From Thermoplasmata archaeon (GTDB lineage: Archaea > Thermoplasmatota > Thermoplasmata > RBG-16-68-12 > JAGMCJ01), in NCBI GenBank assembly GCA_023129265.1, contig JAGMCJ010000194.1:1-15432 (forward strand): a DNA stretch of 15,432 nt, read 5' to 3'. This document shows positions 15,319 through 15,432 of this stretch, in pieces. Positions within the stretch are counted from its first letter, which is position 1. Every line of letters starts with the position of its first letter. A model generated the notes under the pieces. The model did no database searches and was not told the DNA's origin. It saw only the letters and a list, made by a program, of their open reading frames with translations. The position numbers and the translations under genes are program-made.

Positions 15319-15432
15319 ATGAAGGAAGCTGAGGAAGAAATCGCCGACGGCGAGAGGCTATTGGGGATGTACCAGTACGATGATGCCCTCAAGCATTTCA
15401 ACAAGGCAATGAAGATGGACCCGAAGAACGCG
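15319..15432 (+). CDS. TPR-repeat protein (N-terminal part, runs off the window)
   Basis: Manual translation: MKEAEEEIADGERLLGMYQYDDALKHFNKAMKMDPKNA..., a TPR-type helix pair (Y..A...F..A...DP.NA). Confidence 0.75.
   Translation, partial: MKEAEEEIADGERLLGMYQYDDALKHFNKAMKMDPKNA

Noticed and set aside
1-15432. CRISPR arrays, transposases, integrases or phage genes
   Set aside because: None seen. There are no regularly spaced direct repeats and no recombinase-like ORFs, so the Ub-like cluster shows no obvious mobile-element context here.

Overview
This is a 15.4 kb archaeal window. The information-processing genes and the box-A (TATA) and leaderless promoter layout suggest a Thermoplasmata-like euryarchaeote; that taxonomy is inference. 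Left part, minus strand: two large secreted proteins, a partial CARDB-like one and a ~1565 aa Asp-box/LTD/vWA protein. Next, plus strand: a CoA-binding protein gene with two apparent one-base frameshifts. Then, minus strand: the ribosomal cluster rpl18e-rpl13-rps9-rpoN followed by tRNA-Pro(GGG). The tRNA carries a 29-nt intron in its T-loop at position 59/60, flanked by a textbook bulge-helix-bulge. Plus strand: an endonuclease IV-like TIM-barrel gene overlapping hxlB. Minus strand: the centrepiece, a compact eukaryote-like ubiquitin conjugation cluster. It encodes E1-like ThiF-fold protein, a ubiquitin-like modifier ending exactly in Gly-Gly, an E2 with HPN motif and catalytic Cys, and an Rpn11/CSN5-like JAMM deubiquitinase, with no recognisable RING E3. 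To the right are trpS and pheS, a small conserved-looking ORF, and the start of a TPR protein behind a perfect palindrome. The most notable findings are the Ub-like cluster and the T-loop intron.
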